Shown: in pieces, positions 42,030 to 56,800 of the stretch
Layout of the letters: every line of letters starts with the position of its first letter
How positions within the stretch are numbered: the first letter of the stretch is position 1
Assembly (NCBI RefSeq): GCF_018350175.1
Contig: NC_058383.1
Location: 5,334,001 to 5,398,000, forward strand
Reading direction: 5' to 3'
From: Felis catus
Taxonomy: Eukaryota
Length of the DNA stretch: 64,000 nt
Position numbers and translations under genes: made by a program
The notes under the pieces: generated by a model
The model's database searches: none
What the model was told of the DNA's origin: nothing
What the model saw: only the letters and a program-made list of their open reading frames with translations

Positions 42030-42640
42030 CATGAGTGTTGCCATGTTAGTACTTGAGTTCCTACACACCCTTCACTCAGCTCCCCTTAACAATGACATTG
42101 TACACGACCTTGATGCACCTGTGGAAGTTAAGAAATTAACGTTGGTATAATACCATTAACTAAGTCATGGACACTATTAGGGTTTCCCGGGTTTTCCCAA
42201 TAATGTCCCTTTTCTGATCCACGTTCTTTGCGTTTAGTTGTCTCCTATCTCCTTAGTCCCTACAACCTGTGATAATTTCTCAGACTTTGTCTTTTATGGC
42301 CTTGACACTTTGGAAAACTCTTGGTCAGTTATCTTGTAAAATGTCCCTTGATTTTGGTCTGCTGATATATTTTTCATCATTGCACCGAGGCTTGGGTTTG
42401 GGGCAAGAACAGCATGGAGGTGAAATGCCCTTGGCAGCCCATCACATCAGGGGGACGTGGTGTTGATCTGTCTTGGTACTGGTGATGTTAGTCCCGATCA
42501 CTCAGTGACGGTGGCGGGAGGCACGACGCTCTACCATAAACCTGTGTCTCCCCTTCTGTACCTTCGTGGTTCGAAGCAAATGACTAAATCCACCCCACAC
42601 TCAGGGAGAGAGGAATTAGGTTCTACCTGCTGGACAGAGA
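42030..42640 (-). mobile_element. Old LINE-1 3'UTR fragment (L1MC/MD-like)
   Basis: aagaaattaacgttggtataatacc...gcgtttagttgtc...ggtcagttatcttgtaaaatgtccc...ggtgatgttag, typical of L1MC/MD 3' ends. Confidence 0.6.
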
Positions 42641-42649
42641 GGTGACTAG

Positions 42650-42796
<147 letters not shown>

Positions 42797-42818
42797 TAGC
42801 TTTGTAATCCTTTTTTGA

Positions 42819-43127
<309 letters not shown>

Positions 43128-45367
43128 TGAAACAGGCTCCAGGCTCTGAGCTGTCAGCACAGAGCCCGACGCAGGGCTCGAACTCATGGACCGTGAGATC
43201 ATGACCTGAGCCGAAGTTGGCCGCTCCACTGACTGAGTCACGCAGGCGCCCCAAGACTGGTTTCATATTAACAGGCATTTGGGTTTTCATTAAAGAAAGG
43301 CAACGTGTTCTAACAACGACACACACATCGTGAGATCCAGGATGGGTTTCCATAGCCAACGAATGTTTACTGGGCCTCTTTGGGCAGAAGCGAGTAATTC
43401 CGGGGTCTGGGAACACTGGCCCCACGTGCTTCCTTCCCAGTGAGGGAAGGGCCCAGGCGACGGGGCCACAGTGTCTTTGCTAACGCAGACCTTGCCGTGT
43501 AAGAGAAGACGGGGTGGGGAGGGACGCCAGTGTCATTGACAAAAATTATTATTCATCAGAAAGTAACTTAAAGAAGTTATTAGTTTAAAAGTTAGCGAGA
43601 ATACCTAGTTTAACAGTATTCTATGCCAGCTTTTGGTAGTTTTTGTTTGAATTCACGCCTGTGGGAAGTTAAATGATAAAACGGGAAGGGTCGAATACTA
43701 ACAGGGAATAGGGAAAAGTTTAACGGTGTCGTATGTATACGAAAAACTGACAGCAGCCTGGTGTCTAATACAGGAAAACAGCTTTTGGGAATAGGTGAGC
43801 TTTGGGGGGTATCGTACCAGCTGTTCGTTCACTCCCCCCTTTCTTCGTGGCCCCTTACTGAAGACACGAGGTCAGCTGTCCCTCTGGATTGGTCACACAT
43901 CTGCTTCGGGCTGGCTGCCTCCTATCAGAGTTGATTACCCTGTTCTACTTTTCCCCGTATTTCCACTAAAGCAGGACAGTTAGAGGCTTGTATGGATTCA
44001 GGTTTTTTCTTGCCCGGACAAAAGCCACAGGTGGTTCTGTGTACTTCCTGTCACCTTGCCTCAGGAATGTTCCCTTTTAGCGATGTTCAGATGGACCAGT
44101 GGTGTCAGCACGATCCTTCCATTAAAACCTAGGAGCCTTGGGGCGCCTGGGTGGCTCAGTCTGTTAAGCGTCCGACTTCAGCCTAGGTCATGATCTCATG
44201 GTTCATGAGTTCAAGCCCCGCGTGGGGCCCTGTGCTGACAGCTCAGAACCTGGAGCCTGCTTTTGAGTATGTGTCTCCCTCACACTCTGTTTCTCTCTCT
44301 CAAAGATAAATAAACATTAAAAAAAAAAAAAAAAAGAATGTGGAACCTGGTTTGCATGGTGCTTAGGACGGAGTGGAGGGAGGGCCAGCATGGAGCCAGG
44401 CCTTATGAGGTGCACGTTCTCCTAATCCTGAAAAGCAGCACTGACCTTAGTGAAAATGGTGTTTTCTGGGCCGAATGCTCTCTGGTTCAGTATCTCAGAA
44501 AGCAAACCTGTTTTCAGCTTTGACGCGGATAGGGTCTTCACCTAGACTTTCAGCGAGACTTCGTGTGTTCAGCCCTACCTGGAGTGTTACTTCCAGAGGG
44601 GTCTCCGTCCTGAGTGCCCACGGCATCCTGGGTTCCTCGGTCCCCCGTCCAGCATTTCCCCACCTGTGTAGCTGGGTTGATATCTCATGTCCGGATCATC
44701 ATACCCTCCATCTTGTGTTTATGCTTTTTTTTTTTAAGTTTATTTATTTATTTTGAGAGAGACAGAGACAGTGCAAGTCGGGGAGGGGCAGAGAGAAAGG
44801 GAGAGAGAGAATCCCGAGCAGACTCTGCACTGTCAGCGCTGGGTTTGATCCCTCAAACGGTGAGGTCATGACCTCAGCCAAGATCAAGAGTCGAACACTT
44901 AACCAACTGTGCTACCTGGGCACCCCCGTGTTTATGCTTCTAAAAACACTTTCCTTGCAGAGGGATTAGGGTAGGTCTAGAGAGGTAAATATCAGTGTTA
45001 ATCTAGAATGCTTTTCAAAAGGGTCAGTTTCAAAGATACTCATTTCTAGAACACCTCCTTAAAATGTTATATGGATATAAATTGACATTAAAAATATGTA
45101 ACTATCAGGGTGCCTGGGTGGCTCAGTCAGTTAAGGGTCTGACTTCGGCTCAGGTCATGATCTCACGGTCTATGTGTTCGAGCCCCGCATCAGGCTCTGT
45201 GCCGACAGCTCAGAGCCTGGAGCCTGCTTCAGATTCTGTGTCTCCCTCTCTCTGTCCCTTCCCCGTTCATGCTCTGTCTCTCTCTCTCTCTGTCTCTCAA
45301 TAATAAATAAACGTTAAAAAAATTTTTTTTTAAATATGTAACTATCTGTAATTATAGGCAATTATAG

Positions 45368-45589
<222 letters not shown>

Positions 45590-45736
45590 TAGGGCTCTAC
45601 ACATGTGTATATATATATACATGTATGTATATCCATGTGTATCTATGTATCTCCTTGATTATATTAGAAAACTAGAGTTAATATAAAAAAGAATATTTCA
45701 GATATCAGGAAGTGAAATCAAAAGAATATAAAACTA

Positions 45737-46060
45737 TAGTTGATCCTTGAACAGCACCAGAGTTGGGGATGCTGACACCCCCACGCAGTCAGAAATTCAG
45801 GGATAACTTCAGACTTCCCCAGAACTTAACCTGCCTGCCGTGGACTGGAAGCCTTACTGATCACATACACAGGCGATTAATACATATTTTGTATTATACA
45901 CTGTATTCTTACAATAAAGTAAGCCAGAGAAAAGAAAACGCTAAGAAAATCATCAAGGAAGAGAGAATACATTTTACACCGCTGTCCTGTATATGTCGGA
46001 AAAGATGTATATGTAAGCGGTCCCACGGGGTTCAAACCTGTGTTGTTCAAGGGTCAGCTG
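45737..46060. mobile_element. Tigger2-family (Tc1/mariner) non-autonomous DNA transposon
   Basis: TIRs tagttgatccttgaacagcac / gtgttgttcaagggtcagctg, flanked by TA dinucleotides. Confidence 0.82.
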
Positions 46061-47234
46061 TACGATGCTATTTCTTGGAGAATTTAGCGATTTAATATAC
46101 GTGTATGTTTCTCTGGCAGGCCATGTGTCTCCTCCAGTGAATTAGGTGTATCTTTGGTTTTCAGCGCTCCTTGCCGAGGGGCAAGTCTCCCTCCCCAGGC
46201 TCGGTCTTTGCTTCTGCAAACGGAAGTGGGGCAACTAGTTGATGTGTTTTCGGTATACGCCGTATCTCTCGCCAGGAGTGTCTACTCCGTGCATTTGTGT
46301 CTCGTGGACACGTCCTAAAGGTGGGGTCCATCTGGCTCCCTCCACTCGGCTGTAACCATTTGTGTTCAGGTCACCAGGGTCCCCACGGTGGCCCACCTAG
46401 GGGTCCTGCCCAGTACACCAGTTCATGGCCCTGCCATGGCCCTGCCATGGCCCCCGAAACGCGGTCTCTCCCACCTCCAGCACGTTCTTCCCTCCATGTC
46501 CCAGGTCTTCCCCTTCCCTCACCGCCGGCTCCTTTCCAGCTTCTTCGCAGGTTCCTCCTCTTCTGCCACACTCAAGACCGAGCGCCCTGGACTCAGTCCA
46601 GGGTCCTCTCATCTCATGATTTTAAGTGCCACCTTTCTGAAGACAAGGCCACCGCTGGTGTCTCCAACCCAAACCACGCTACCTAGCCCCAGACGGCCTG
46701 AGTTGGAGTGGCCCCTCACGCTCCCCACAGCCCAGAATGTCCCACGCCCCAAACGTGTGACCTCCGTCTTCCGCCAGCGTACCTCAGCCTCCCGTGAGTG
46801 GGGCGCTGATGGCCTCAGCCCTTCCGTTGTCAGGGCATTGTCACAACAACTCCTTCCTCTCCTACCCCACATTCACATCTTCAGGAGATCCACCTGAAGA
46901 ACGGATCCAGAATATGGCACCTTCCGCGCTGGCTGAGCCACCAACGGTCCCCTGGAAAGCTGCAGTGGCTCCTAACTCGTCTTTTGCGTTTGTCTCTTAC
47001 CTTCCTACCTCCCGGGGCAGCAATCAGGTCACGTCCCTCCTCTGCTCGCACCCCCAGGCTTCCCACCTTACGCGGAGTAAAGGCCCTCAAGACGCTGATG
47101 GCGCCATCTTTCCGAGTCCTTGTCTGACCGCTGAGTCCCAGCTGCCTCTGTGCTGTCCCCTGAACACACCTGTCAGGCTCCTACCTCAGAACGTTTGAAC
47201 TTGCTACCCCCAACCCCACCGTTTCGGGGGGGCT

Positions 47235-47815
47235 TGAATCACAGAAAAGTACCTGCCTGCAGTTCTGAAAGCGAGTCGTCAGAAATAAGGTAGAGCTGGT
47301 TCCGTCTGGGGCTGTGGGAAAGGCCTCTCCCCTTGGCTCGTAGACGGCCATCTTCTCCCCGTGTCTCTTCACGTTGTCTTCCCGCTATGGGTCTGTGTCG
47401 GTGTCCAAATCTCCCTCTTATAAGGACAGTGGCCATGCTGGATTGGGTCCCCCACCCTCATGATCTCATTTTAACTTGATCTGGAAAGACATCATCACCA
47501 GGGATGCCTAGGTAGCTTAGTCGGTTGAGCGTCCTAACTTCGGCTCAGGTCTTGATCTCACGGCTTGTGGGTTTGAGCCCCATGTCAGGCTCTGTGCTGA
47601 CGGCTCTGAGCCTGGAGCCTGCTTCGGATTCTGTGTCTCCCTCTCTCTCTGCCCCTCCCCTGCTCGCACTCTGTCTCTCTCAAAAATAAACATAAATTTT
47701 TTTTTATAAAAATGAAAATTTTAAAAAGGCATTATTACGAAGTAAGGTCACATTCTGAGGTTTTGGGGGTTAGGACTCCCCACTCTTTTTTTGGGAGACA
47801 CAGTTCAGCCCAAAA
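47235..47815 (-). mobile_element. MaLR LTR (MLT1A/B-like), SINE-interrupted
   Basis: tagacggccatcttctcc...ctcttataaggaca...aaggtcacattctgagg...gacacagttcagccc. Confidence 0.75.
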
Positions 47816-49927
47816 GAGTCTTCCCTCTCGCCTCCCCTGCCCCATTCCTTGAAATTCATGTCCTCTTATGTATAAAATACACTCACCACATCCCAGCATC
47901 TCCAGAGGGCTTTGTCATTCCAGCATCAATGCTGTGTGAACCTCTCACCTGCCTCTGTGTTACTTCTACCTTGTGATGCTTGTGAGTTGCCTTCGGATCT
48001 TATCCAACCTGTGAGAATAACTTCATCTTGAACAAAATCTTTAGGCTGTTTTCTACAAACTGACAAGCAAACACATAAGCCGGGACCTACAGAGTTGGCT
48101 AGGATTGCAAATCTAAGGCAAGATTTTATCCGTCTGATGTTTTACGGAACAGCCAGGTGGCATGGTGTTGTCTTCAGAGTTTGCTCTCTGCTGGGAAAGA
48201 TGTGGGAGTAGCATGAGCAGAACAGCTAATAAGAACGCAAACCCCTTCTTGTAGGTCCTGTTTCCAAGGTGGATGTTTGGTGTCACCTCAAGACCGGTGA
48301 CAGTAGGTGCCTGGGTAGGGCAAGGACCTGCTGGCCTGTGCTTTTGTTTAACAGTTACAGGGGCGCCTGGGTGGCTCAGTAAGTTAAGTGTCCGACTTCG
48401 GCTCAAGTCGTGAACTTGCAGTTCGTGAGTTCGAGCCCCACGTCAGGCTCTGTGCTGACAGCTCGGAGCCTGGAGCCTGCTTTGGATTCTGTGTGTGTGT
48501 CTCTCTCTGCCCCTCCCCTACTTGTGACCACTCTCTGAAAAATAAGTAAACATTAAAAAAAAAAAGATCACAGCTACAAATCCCAGCCACTAATGATTCA
48601 GCACTTGAGACAGGCCCTTCACGCCGATTATCTCCTCCGATCCTTGCGATAAAGCATATGGTATCGACCCCGTCTTCTAGGTGAAGAGACTGAAGCTGAG
48701 TGAGGTTCAGCAACTCAGCAAAATGGTAGAGCCTCTGCAAATAGGGGGTTGACATGTTGGTAGGACACTTGGTGAATTTGGCAGGTGGTGAGCAGGGGCA
48801 AGGTAGGGAGGGTCACAGGAAGAGTCAAATTAGGGCACAAGAGACTAAAAGTGTCCAGCCCTTGAACGAAGCAGATGTCTCATTTACCAGCTTGACCCAT
48901 CCTTGGGCGGGGTGTCAGCACGCTCTTGGCCTAGGGGGCACTGCTGCTGAGCCTGGCGCCTCTGTTCAAATGAGCGGACCTGTTCCGGGTCAGACTCAAA
49001 GGGCCCTGGGTTCAGGACCAGCAGACATGACCGGTGGACGATCAGAGTCCAAGCAAGCCGTCCCCGCAGGCAGGTGCTGCCCAGGTGGGGGCAGGCCCGG
49101 GTGTCAGGTGCACACCACAGCAGGGGTGGGTGTGGCTGCCAAGTGGGTTACACCTGCCCTTGTCACTTCGGTTCCCAGATGCCACTTCCGTCAATTTTTG
49201 TTCAAGAAAAAAGGAACCCTTGAAAAAAAAAATTAAAAGAAGAAAAAAGGAACCCTTTTGAAAATGACTGTCCTTGGGGCACCAGGGTGGCTTAGTCAGT
49301 TGAGCATCCAACTGTGGCTCAGGTGATGACCTCACAGTTGATGGGTTCAAGCCCCACGTCAGGCTCTGTGCTGACAGCTCGGAGCCTGGAGCCTGCTTGG
49401 TATTCAGTGTCTCTCTCTCTCCTTGTCTCTCCCTCACTCATGCTCTGTCTCTCAAAAATGAATAAATGTTAAAAAATAAAGAAAATGTCCTCGATTAGTG
49501 AATATAAAATAAAATGTTTCTAATAGAAAAGTGACTTAACAAATCTACCGATAGAACACACAGTCTTTTACTTTTAAATTTAAATTTAATTTATTTTTGA
49601 ATGAGACAGAGCACCAGCAGGGGAGGGACAGAGTGAGAGGGAGACACAGAATCCGAAGCAGGCTCCAGGCTCTGAGCTGTCAGCACAGAGCCCGATGTGG
49701 GGCTCAAACTCAGGAACCGTGAGATCATGACCTGAGCCAAAGTTGGATGCTTAACTGACTGAGCCACCCAGGCGTCCCATGCATAGCCTTTTAAATATCA
49801 TAGTTTTTATTTCCATTCGGTGTGCACCCATGACACTTGAGCGCTGAATGAAGTGGCTTTCTCTGGAGACAGAAGCCAACAGCCAGATGGATCACTGGTC
49901 CACCTCAGGGTGGGTCAGAATGAGTGA

Positions 49928-50098
<171 letters not shown>

Positions 50099-51579
50099 TA
50101 GAATCTACAGTGCGAGGAATGGTTTCATTCTGGAATGGCTAAAGTGCCATCAAAACTATCTTGGGCTTTTGTAACCTTTCAGGAAATAATGTTAAGACTG
50201 AAGAGAAGACTTAAGACCCCCTTTCACATTTTGAAAGAATGTGTATTGCCTTTTTCTTTAAGTTAGGGAAAAACGTGTTCCCTGGTCGTGATCCAGGGGC
50301 GTAGGCTCCTAGCCACATTAGTGGAGATGTCCTACAAGAAGGTCAGCGTGGCCAATAAAACACTGGGCAGACCAGGAGGCTTAGAACGCCTGAGGTGTTT
50401 TGTTACGAAGTGTGTTGTTATGCAGCCTGGCATTTACGAGAGTGGAGAGCCTGTCCCAGAGTGAAGTCGCTAAGAAATATCTCCTGAGCGTGCACGAGAT
50501 ACCAGGTGGGTCCCTGAGGATGGGGCCAGCTCACACGTCAGGCCTGCTGGACAGGAGACTCGACCGCAAGACCTCAGCGGATCAGGGCAGCTCCAGCAAC
50601 CTACCGAAGGGTCCAGTGGCTGGGGCAGATTGACACAGACTGGTTTTGGGCGGGGGTATCAGGCCAAGTAGGCTTAGAGGGTTTCTGATTTTCCAGCCGT
50701 TCATTTGGACCCCCAGGGAGAATCTTGGGGGCCAGTGGAACCTCACGGCTGGGTAACTCTTCAGAGCCACACGTACAAGATCATTGTTTGTCGTGTAAAG
50801 GGTGACTTCTCAGAAATCCCCTGATGTGTCTCGGACTCCTCGTGTGCTAAGAGCTTGCTTCATGTTCCACTCCACCTCACAGTCCATCCCACCAAGTAGA
50901 TATTCCTCCTCCGGCTTGAGGATATGACTGATGGCATCTCCAGATCATCTGGGAGCCTTGTCATGGGCCACAGTCTGAGTCTGGGGCTCTGCTCTGAGGG
51001 AAACAAACATCCACCTTAGTTTCGTCCATGATTTCATGGATGGCATCACTCGCACTCCAGTAAACGAGTGCGAACACTGGTCTAGGGATCGTCCTCAGAA
51101 ACCATCTGATCACGTTCACTTCTGGTCTTCAATAAGTCATTCCAAATGTCCAACAAGCTAAATCCTATTATGTCCGCACGATGGAGTATAACTCAGCGAT
51201 GAAATAACTCATGATAGAGGATACAACAAGGATGAATCAAAATTATGCTGGGTGAAAGAAGCCAAACCAAAAAAAAGGTACATCCTGTTGTGATTCCAAT
51301 TACATAAAATTCTAGAAAGTGCAAAGTAATCCGTAGGGACAGCAGATCAGTGACGATGAGGGAAGGGGGGTTGGATTCCTAAGGGACACAGGACACTTGC
51401 GGGTGATGGGATATGTTCACTGTGTTGGCTGAGGGGAGCGTTTCACAGGTGGTAGACATGTCAAAAATCATCAAGTAGTACACTGTGGGTGTCACTGACC
51501 TGTAAACTATACTTTGTTAAAATCGCGTGCATGTCTCCACGGCAACCAAAAATCCTCTTACTTGTTTGTCCTTGCTCAG

Positions 51580-51705
51580 AACATCCAGCACAGGAGTTCA
51601 AGTGTAGGAACAAGCCAGGAATCTGATCTGCAGGACAGCAGCACCAAGTCCTCTTCAAGCAAGCTAGGACCCATGCTTGACCTCAGCAAAATGAGGAGAT
51701 CAGAG
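51580..51705 (+). CDS. RSPH10B: RSPH10B coding exon 16 (Ser-rich linker)
   Basis: ttgctcag| ... |gtttgt, 126 bp; NIQHRSSSVGTSQESDLQDSSTKSSSSKLGPMLDLSKMRRSE. Confidence 0.88.
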
Positions 51706-52339
51706 GTTTGTTGTTGTTGTCTTAGTTTTCTTTTAAGTGTTTATTTTTGACAGAGAGAGAGAGAGAGAGCGAAAAGGGGAGGAGCAGAGAGACAGGGTGA
51801 CACAGAATCCGAAGCAGGCTCCAAACTCTGAGCTGTCAGCGCAGAGCCCAATGTGGGGCTGGAACCCATGAACTGTGGGATCATGACCTGAGCCAAAGTC
51901 GGATGCTTAACCGACTGAGCCACCCAGGCGCCCCCAGAGGTTCATATTTACAACCAACCTCATAACAACGGTTACCTGCTTGCAGTATCAGTAAGCTTCG
52001 TGTGCCTCCTGTGTGACGAGCACTCTCTGTGCACTGGTGATCTGCCGGGAAGCGAGAGCCTGAACTCTCGTAGACTTGCCATTCCAGCAAGTGGAGGGAG
52101 ACAAGTGAGCGGTAGTTATGGCCAAGGCTCCTGGGGTATTTACCAGGTGTGCTCACTTCCCAGTCTGAGCTCAATTAATACTCCCAACCCCCATCGGGTA
52201 CTCTTACTATCTCTGGGAGGGAGCCCCAGTGCTGGAAGGTTAGGTAACCTGCCCACAGCCACGGAACCAGTAGGGAGTGCAGCTGGGAGTCTTTATGCAG
52301 GCAGTCCGCCTCCAGAATGTGCACCCAGGACCACAGTGC

Positions 52340-53000
52340 TACACTTCCTCACATGAGGCGTGAGCGATGTGGTGGAGATTGAGTGACACGGAGAGGCGGT
52401 GACGGGTCTTCTGATGAAGCGACATTTGAGCACGCAACGAGGCAGTGAGGAAGCAAAGCATGTGATCATCAGGAGGAAGACTGGTCTGGGTGGAGGCCCC
52501 AAGGTGGAAGCATATTTGGGTTTTTGAAAGGAAAGCGTAGCAGTCAGTGCAGCTGCACGGGAGTGGTCCGGGCACGTGAGCTCAGCGAGGCAGCAGGCTG
52601 GACCAGGAGGGCACTGGCTGTCGTGAGGACCCGGCTTTCATTCTGAGCGGGACGGGAGGGCCCCGGGGCACAGGATCAGTAGGCCTGCCGGGGCTTCACT
52701 GTTGAGGAACCAGTAAGGAAGCTCTTGGAATTATGTGCAGGCCTGTGGGAGGCTGTGAAGTCTGAGAGGGAGAGATGACGAAAGACGGAATGATTCAAAG
52801 CTTTTTGGCCCAAAGGACTGGAAGATGTGGTTGCCATTTGCCATGAAGGACAAGGCTGGGGCAGGGGACAGGAGTTTGGGGGCAAAATTAGGGCACTGGT
52901 TTTGGACACGTTGGCTTAAGGTACCGGAGCAGACGTCCAAGTGGTACAGATGGAGACACAAGTCCGGAGTTCAAGGGCCAGATCTATGTGGAGGCAGACA
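52340..53000. mobile_element. L2 remnant; others near 2600-3200, 6350-6650, 15600-16450, 46500-47200
   Basis: Degenerate L2-like motifs (gacatttgagcacg..., ggctttcattctgag..., gggcctttgcacttgctg...). Confidence 0.5.
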
Positions 53001-53014
53001 TGTGGGTGTGAACA

Positions 53015-53017
<3 letters not shown>

Positions 53018-53052
<35 letters not shown>
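53018..53052. repeat. (AT)17 microsatellite
   Basis: Direct read. Confidence 0.92.
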
Positions 53053-53054
<2 letters not shown>

Positions 53055-53588
53055 TAACTAACATCGTCAATATCTGAACATAGGTACAGTTAACGGTACA
53101 TAGTAAACCCCTTCCCAACAGACCCAGGGAAGACTTTGAAGTCTGGTTTCTTAGGAAGAACTTTTTAATGGATACAATAAATCTATTATTCATTTCCTTA
53201 ATTGTATAAGTAGCAATGTTTTATGCAGGTTAAAATTAGAAATAGCCTATTTTTTTTAAGTTTGTTTATTTTGAGAGAGACAGAGACAGTGTGAGTAGGG
53301 GAGGGGCAGAGAGAGGAGAGAGAGAATCCCAAGCAGGTTCCGCACCATCAGTGCACAGCCCAATATGGGGCTCAAACTCATGAAACCGTGAGATCGTGAC
53401 CTGAGCCGCAACTGAGAGTTGGACGCTTAACCGACTGAGCCACCCGAGTGCCCCAGAAATAGTTTTGTTAGTTTAAAAAGAATGGCTTTGTTAATAACTT
53501 TCTAATTACTTATAATGCAGAAAATTAGTTTGGGCCCACAATGATGCAGAAATCATATTTTGCTTTATGATTTTTTGTTTTTATGTAA

Positions 53589-53690
<102 letters not shown>

Positions 53691-53874
53691 TAGTTTCGTT
53701 ATTGAACTCTAATGTTTGCAAACTGTCACTTGTAAATGATATAAAGTTGATAAAAACACACAAGCGTCTTTTTAGAATGTAATTAGGCTGCCAGGGCCAC
53801 TTCCAATCCTGACACCCGCTTAACAAAGTTTACTTTCAAGGCCTGATCTTGCTGAGTTTTTTCTGTTTGGCTTT

Positions 53875-56800
53875 ATATTTTTTTTCCTGTGTGACTGAGA
53901 TGTGATTTACGATGCTGCCGAAATTTCAGGTATACGGTGTAACGATTTGACACACATATATTGGGAAATGATTGCCAAAGTACATTTTGTTAACATCCGT
54001 CACCTCGTGTGGATAACTGATAAAAAGAAAAAAAATTTTTTTTCCTTGTGATGAGAATTCTTGGGATCTACTCTCTTAACAGTTTTCTTCTGTATTATAT
54101 GGCAGGGCTGACTATAGTTGTCATGATGTATATCACGTCTTAGTACTTACCTTTCAACCGGAAGTTGACTGCCTTTTGACCACCTTCATCCAATCCTCCT
54201 TACCCCCATCCCCAGCCTCTGGTAGCCACAAGTCTGGTCTCTTTTTCGATGAGTTTCTTGTTTTTAATTCTACGGGTAAGTAGGAGCATACAGCATTTGT
54301 CTTTCTCTCTGGCTGGCTTATTTCACTGAGCATAATGCCCTCGAGGCCCATCCAGGTTGTTACAAATGGCGGGGTTTCCTCCTTTTTAACGAATGAATAA
54401 AATTCCATTGTGTCTATTACCACAGCTTCTGTATCCGTTTTTCCACTGGACACTTCGGTTGTTCCCATGTCTTGGCTATTGCGAATGAGGCCACATTGAG
54501 CGTGGGGGCGCAGACATCTCTTCCACATAGTGTCTTCCTTTGGCTATATTCCCAGGAGCGGAATTGTGGGGTTATGTGGTACTTCTGTTTTGAATTTTAT
54601 GAGGAACCTCCGTACGGTTTTCCCCCGTGATTGTACCAATTTACATTCCCTCCAACAGTGTACGAGGGTTCCGCTCTCTCCCCGTCCTCACCAGCATGTG
54701 TTACCTCTGGTCTCTTCGATGCTAGCCATTCTAACAGGTGTGAGGTGACTTCTCACTGTGGTTTTGACTTGCATTTCCCTGATGATGAGTAACGTTGGGC
54801 ATTTTTTCATGTACCTGTTGGCCACTCCTACATCTTCTTTGGAAAAATGTCTATTCAGATGCTTCATCTATTTTTTTTTTTTTCTGTTGAGTTGTAGGAG
54901 TTCTTTATATATTTTGGATTCAAAGCCCCTATCAGATATATGGTTTGCAAGTATTTTTTTTCCTGTTGCATAGGATTCATTTTGTGCATTAGCTGAGTTT
55001 GATGTCATCCTAGTGGTCTATTTCTCATTATGTTGCCTGTACTTTAGGCATCATATCCAAGAAGTCCTTGCCAAGACCCATGTCAAGGAACTTTTTTCCC
55101 TGTGTTTTCTTCTGGCAGTTTTATGGTTTCTAATCTTATATTTAAATTTTTAAATAATTTTTAAAAATTTAGTTTATGGGGCGCCTGGGTGGCTCAGTTG
55201 GTTGGGTGTCCGACTTCGGCTCAGGTCATGATCTCGCGGTCTGTGAGTTTGAGCCCCGCATCGGGCTCTGGGCTGATAGCTCAGAGCCTGGAGCCTGTTT
55301 CGGATTCTGTGTCTCCCTCTCTCTCTGACCCTCCCCTGCTCATGCTCTATCTCTCTCTGTCTCAAAAATAAATAAACGTTAAAAAAAAATTAAAAATTTC
55401 GTTTCATTCTTTGTATGTAAATGTCCAATTTTCCCAGCACCACTTATTGAAGAGACTATCTTCTCTTCATTGAACATTCTTGGCTTCCTTGTCAAGTACT
55501 GACTCTACATACTGGTTTATTTCTGGGCTCTTGATTCTCTTCCATTGGTCTATGTGTCTGTTTATATGCCAGTACCATACTATTACAATTACTATACTGT
55601 ATAGCATAGCTTCAGATCAGGAAGTATGATGCCTCCTGCTTAGTTTCCCTTTCTTGGGATTGCTTTGGCATCTCTTGTGTTTCCAAATACATTTTAGAGC
55701 TAATCATGGTCCGTGGGTTTGAGCCCCATGTCGGGCTCTCTGCTGACAGCTTGGAGCCTGAAGCCTGCTTCGGATTCCATCTCCCTGTCTCTCTCTGCTC
55801 TCCCCTGCTCATGCTCTGTCTCTCAAAATAATAAACATTAAAAAATTTAAATTTTAGAGCTATTTTTTTCTACTGCTGTTAAAAATGCCATTGGAATCTT
55901 GATAGGGATTGCATTGAATCTATAGATGACTTTTGGTAGTATTGACATCTTAACAGTATTAATTTTTCCAATCCATGAATGTGGGATACATTTCCATTTA
56001 TCTTTGTCTTCAGTTTCCTTCACCAGTCTCAAAGTACTCAGAGATCTTTGACCTCTTGGCTAAATTTATTCCTAAGTATTTTATTGTTTTTGATGGTATT
56101 GTAAATGGGATCATTTTCTTTCTTTTCCTGACAATTCATTGTTAGTGTATAGCAACCCTATTGATTTTTGTATGTTAATTTTATATCCTGCTACTTTACT
56201 GGATTCATTGATGAGACCTATCAGTTTTTTGGTAGAGTATTTAGGATTTTCTATGTATAAAATCATATCATCTGTAAATAGAGACAATTTTACCTCTTCC
56301 TTTTGTATCATGAAACTTCAAAATTCTTTTTCTTGCCTAATTGCTCTGGCTAGTACCTTTCAGTATTATGTTGAATAAAAATGGTGAGAGTGGGCATCCT
56401 TCTCTTGTTCCTGATCTTAGAGGAAAAGTTTTCAATCTTTGACCCTTGATTATGACGTTAACTGATGGCTTGTAATATATGTTGAGGTTCATTCCTTCTG
56501 TATCTAATTGTTCAGAGTTTTTATCATGGGGGTGCATGGGTGGCTCAGTTAAGCGTCTGACTTCAGCCCAGGTCACGATCTCATGGTTCATGAGTTCAAA
56601 ACCTGCGTTGGGCTCTGTGTTCACAGCTCAGAGCCTGGAGCCTGCTTCGGATTCCGTGTCTCCCCCTCTCTCTGTCCCTCCCCACTTGTACTCTGTCTCT
56701 CTGCCTCTCTCTCAAAAGTAAATAAACATTAAGAGTTTTTATCATGAATGGATGTAGAATTTTGTCAAATGCTCTTTCTGTGTTTACTGAGATGGTCAGA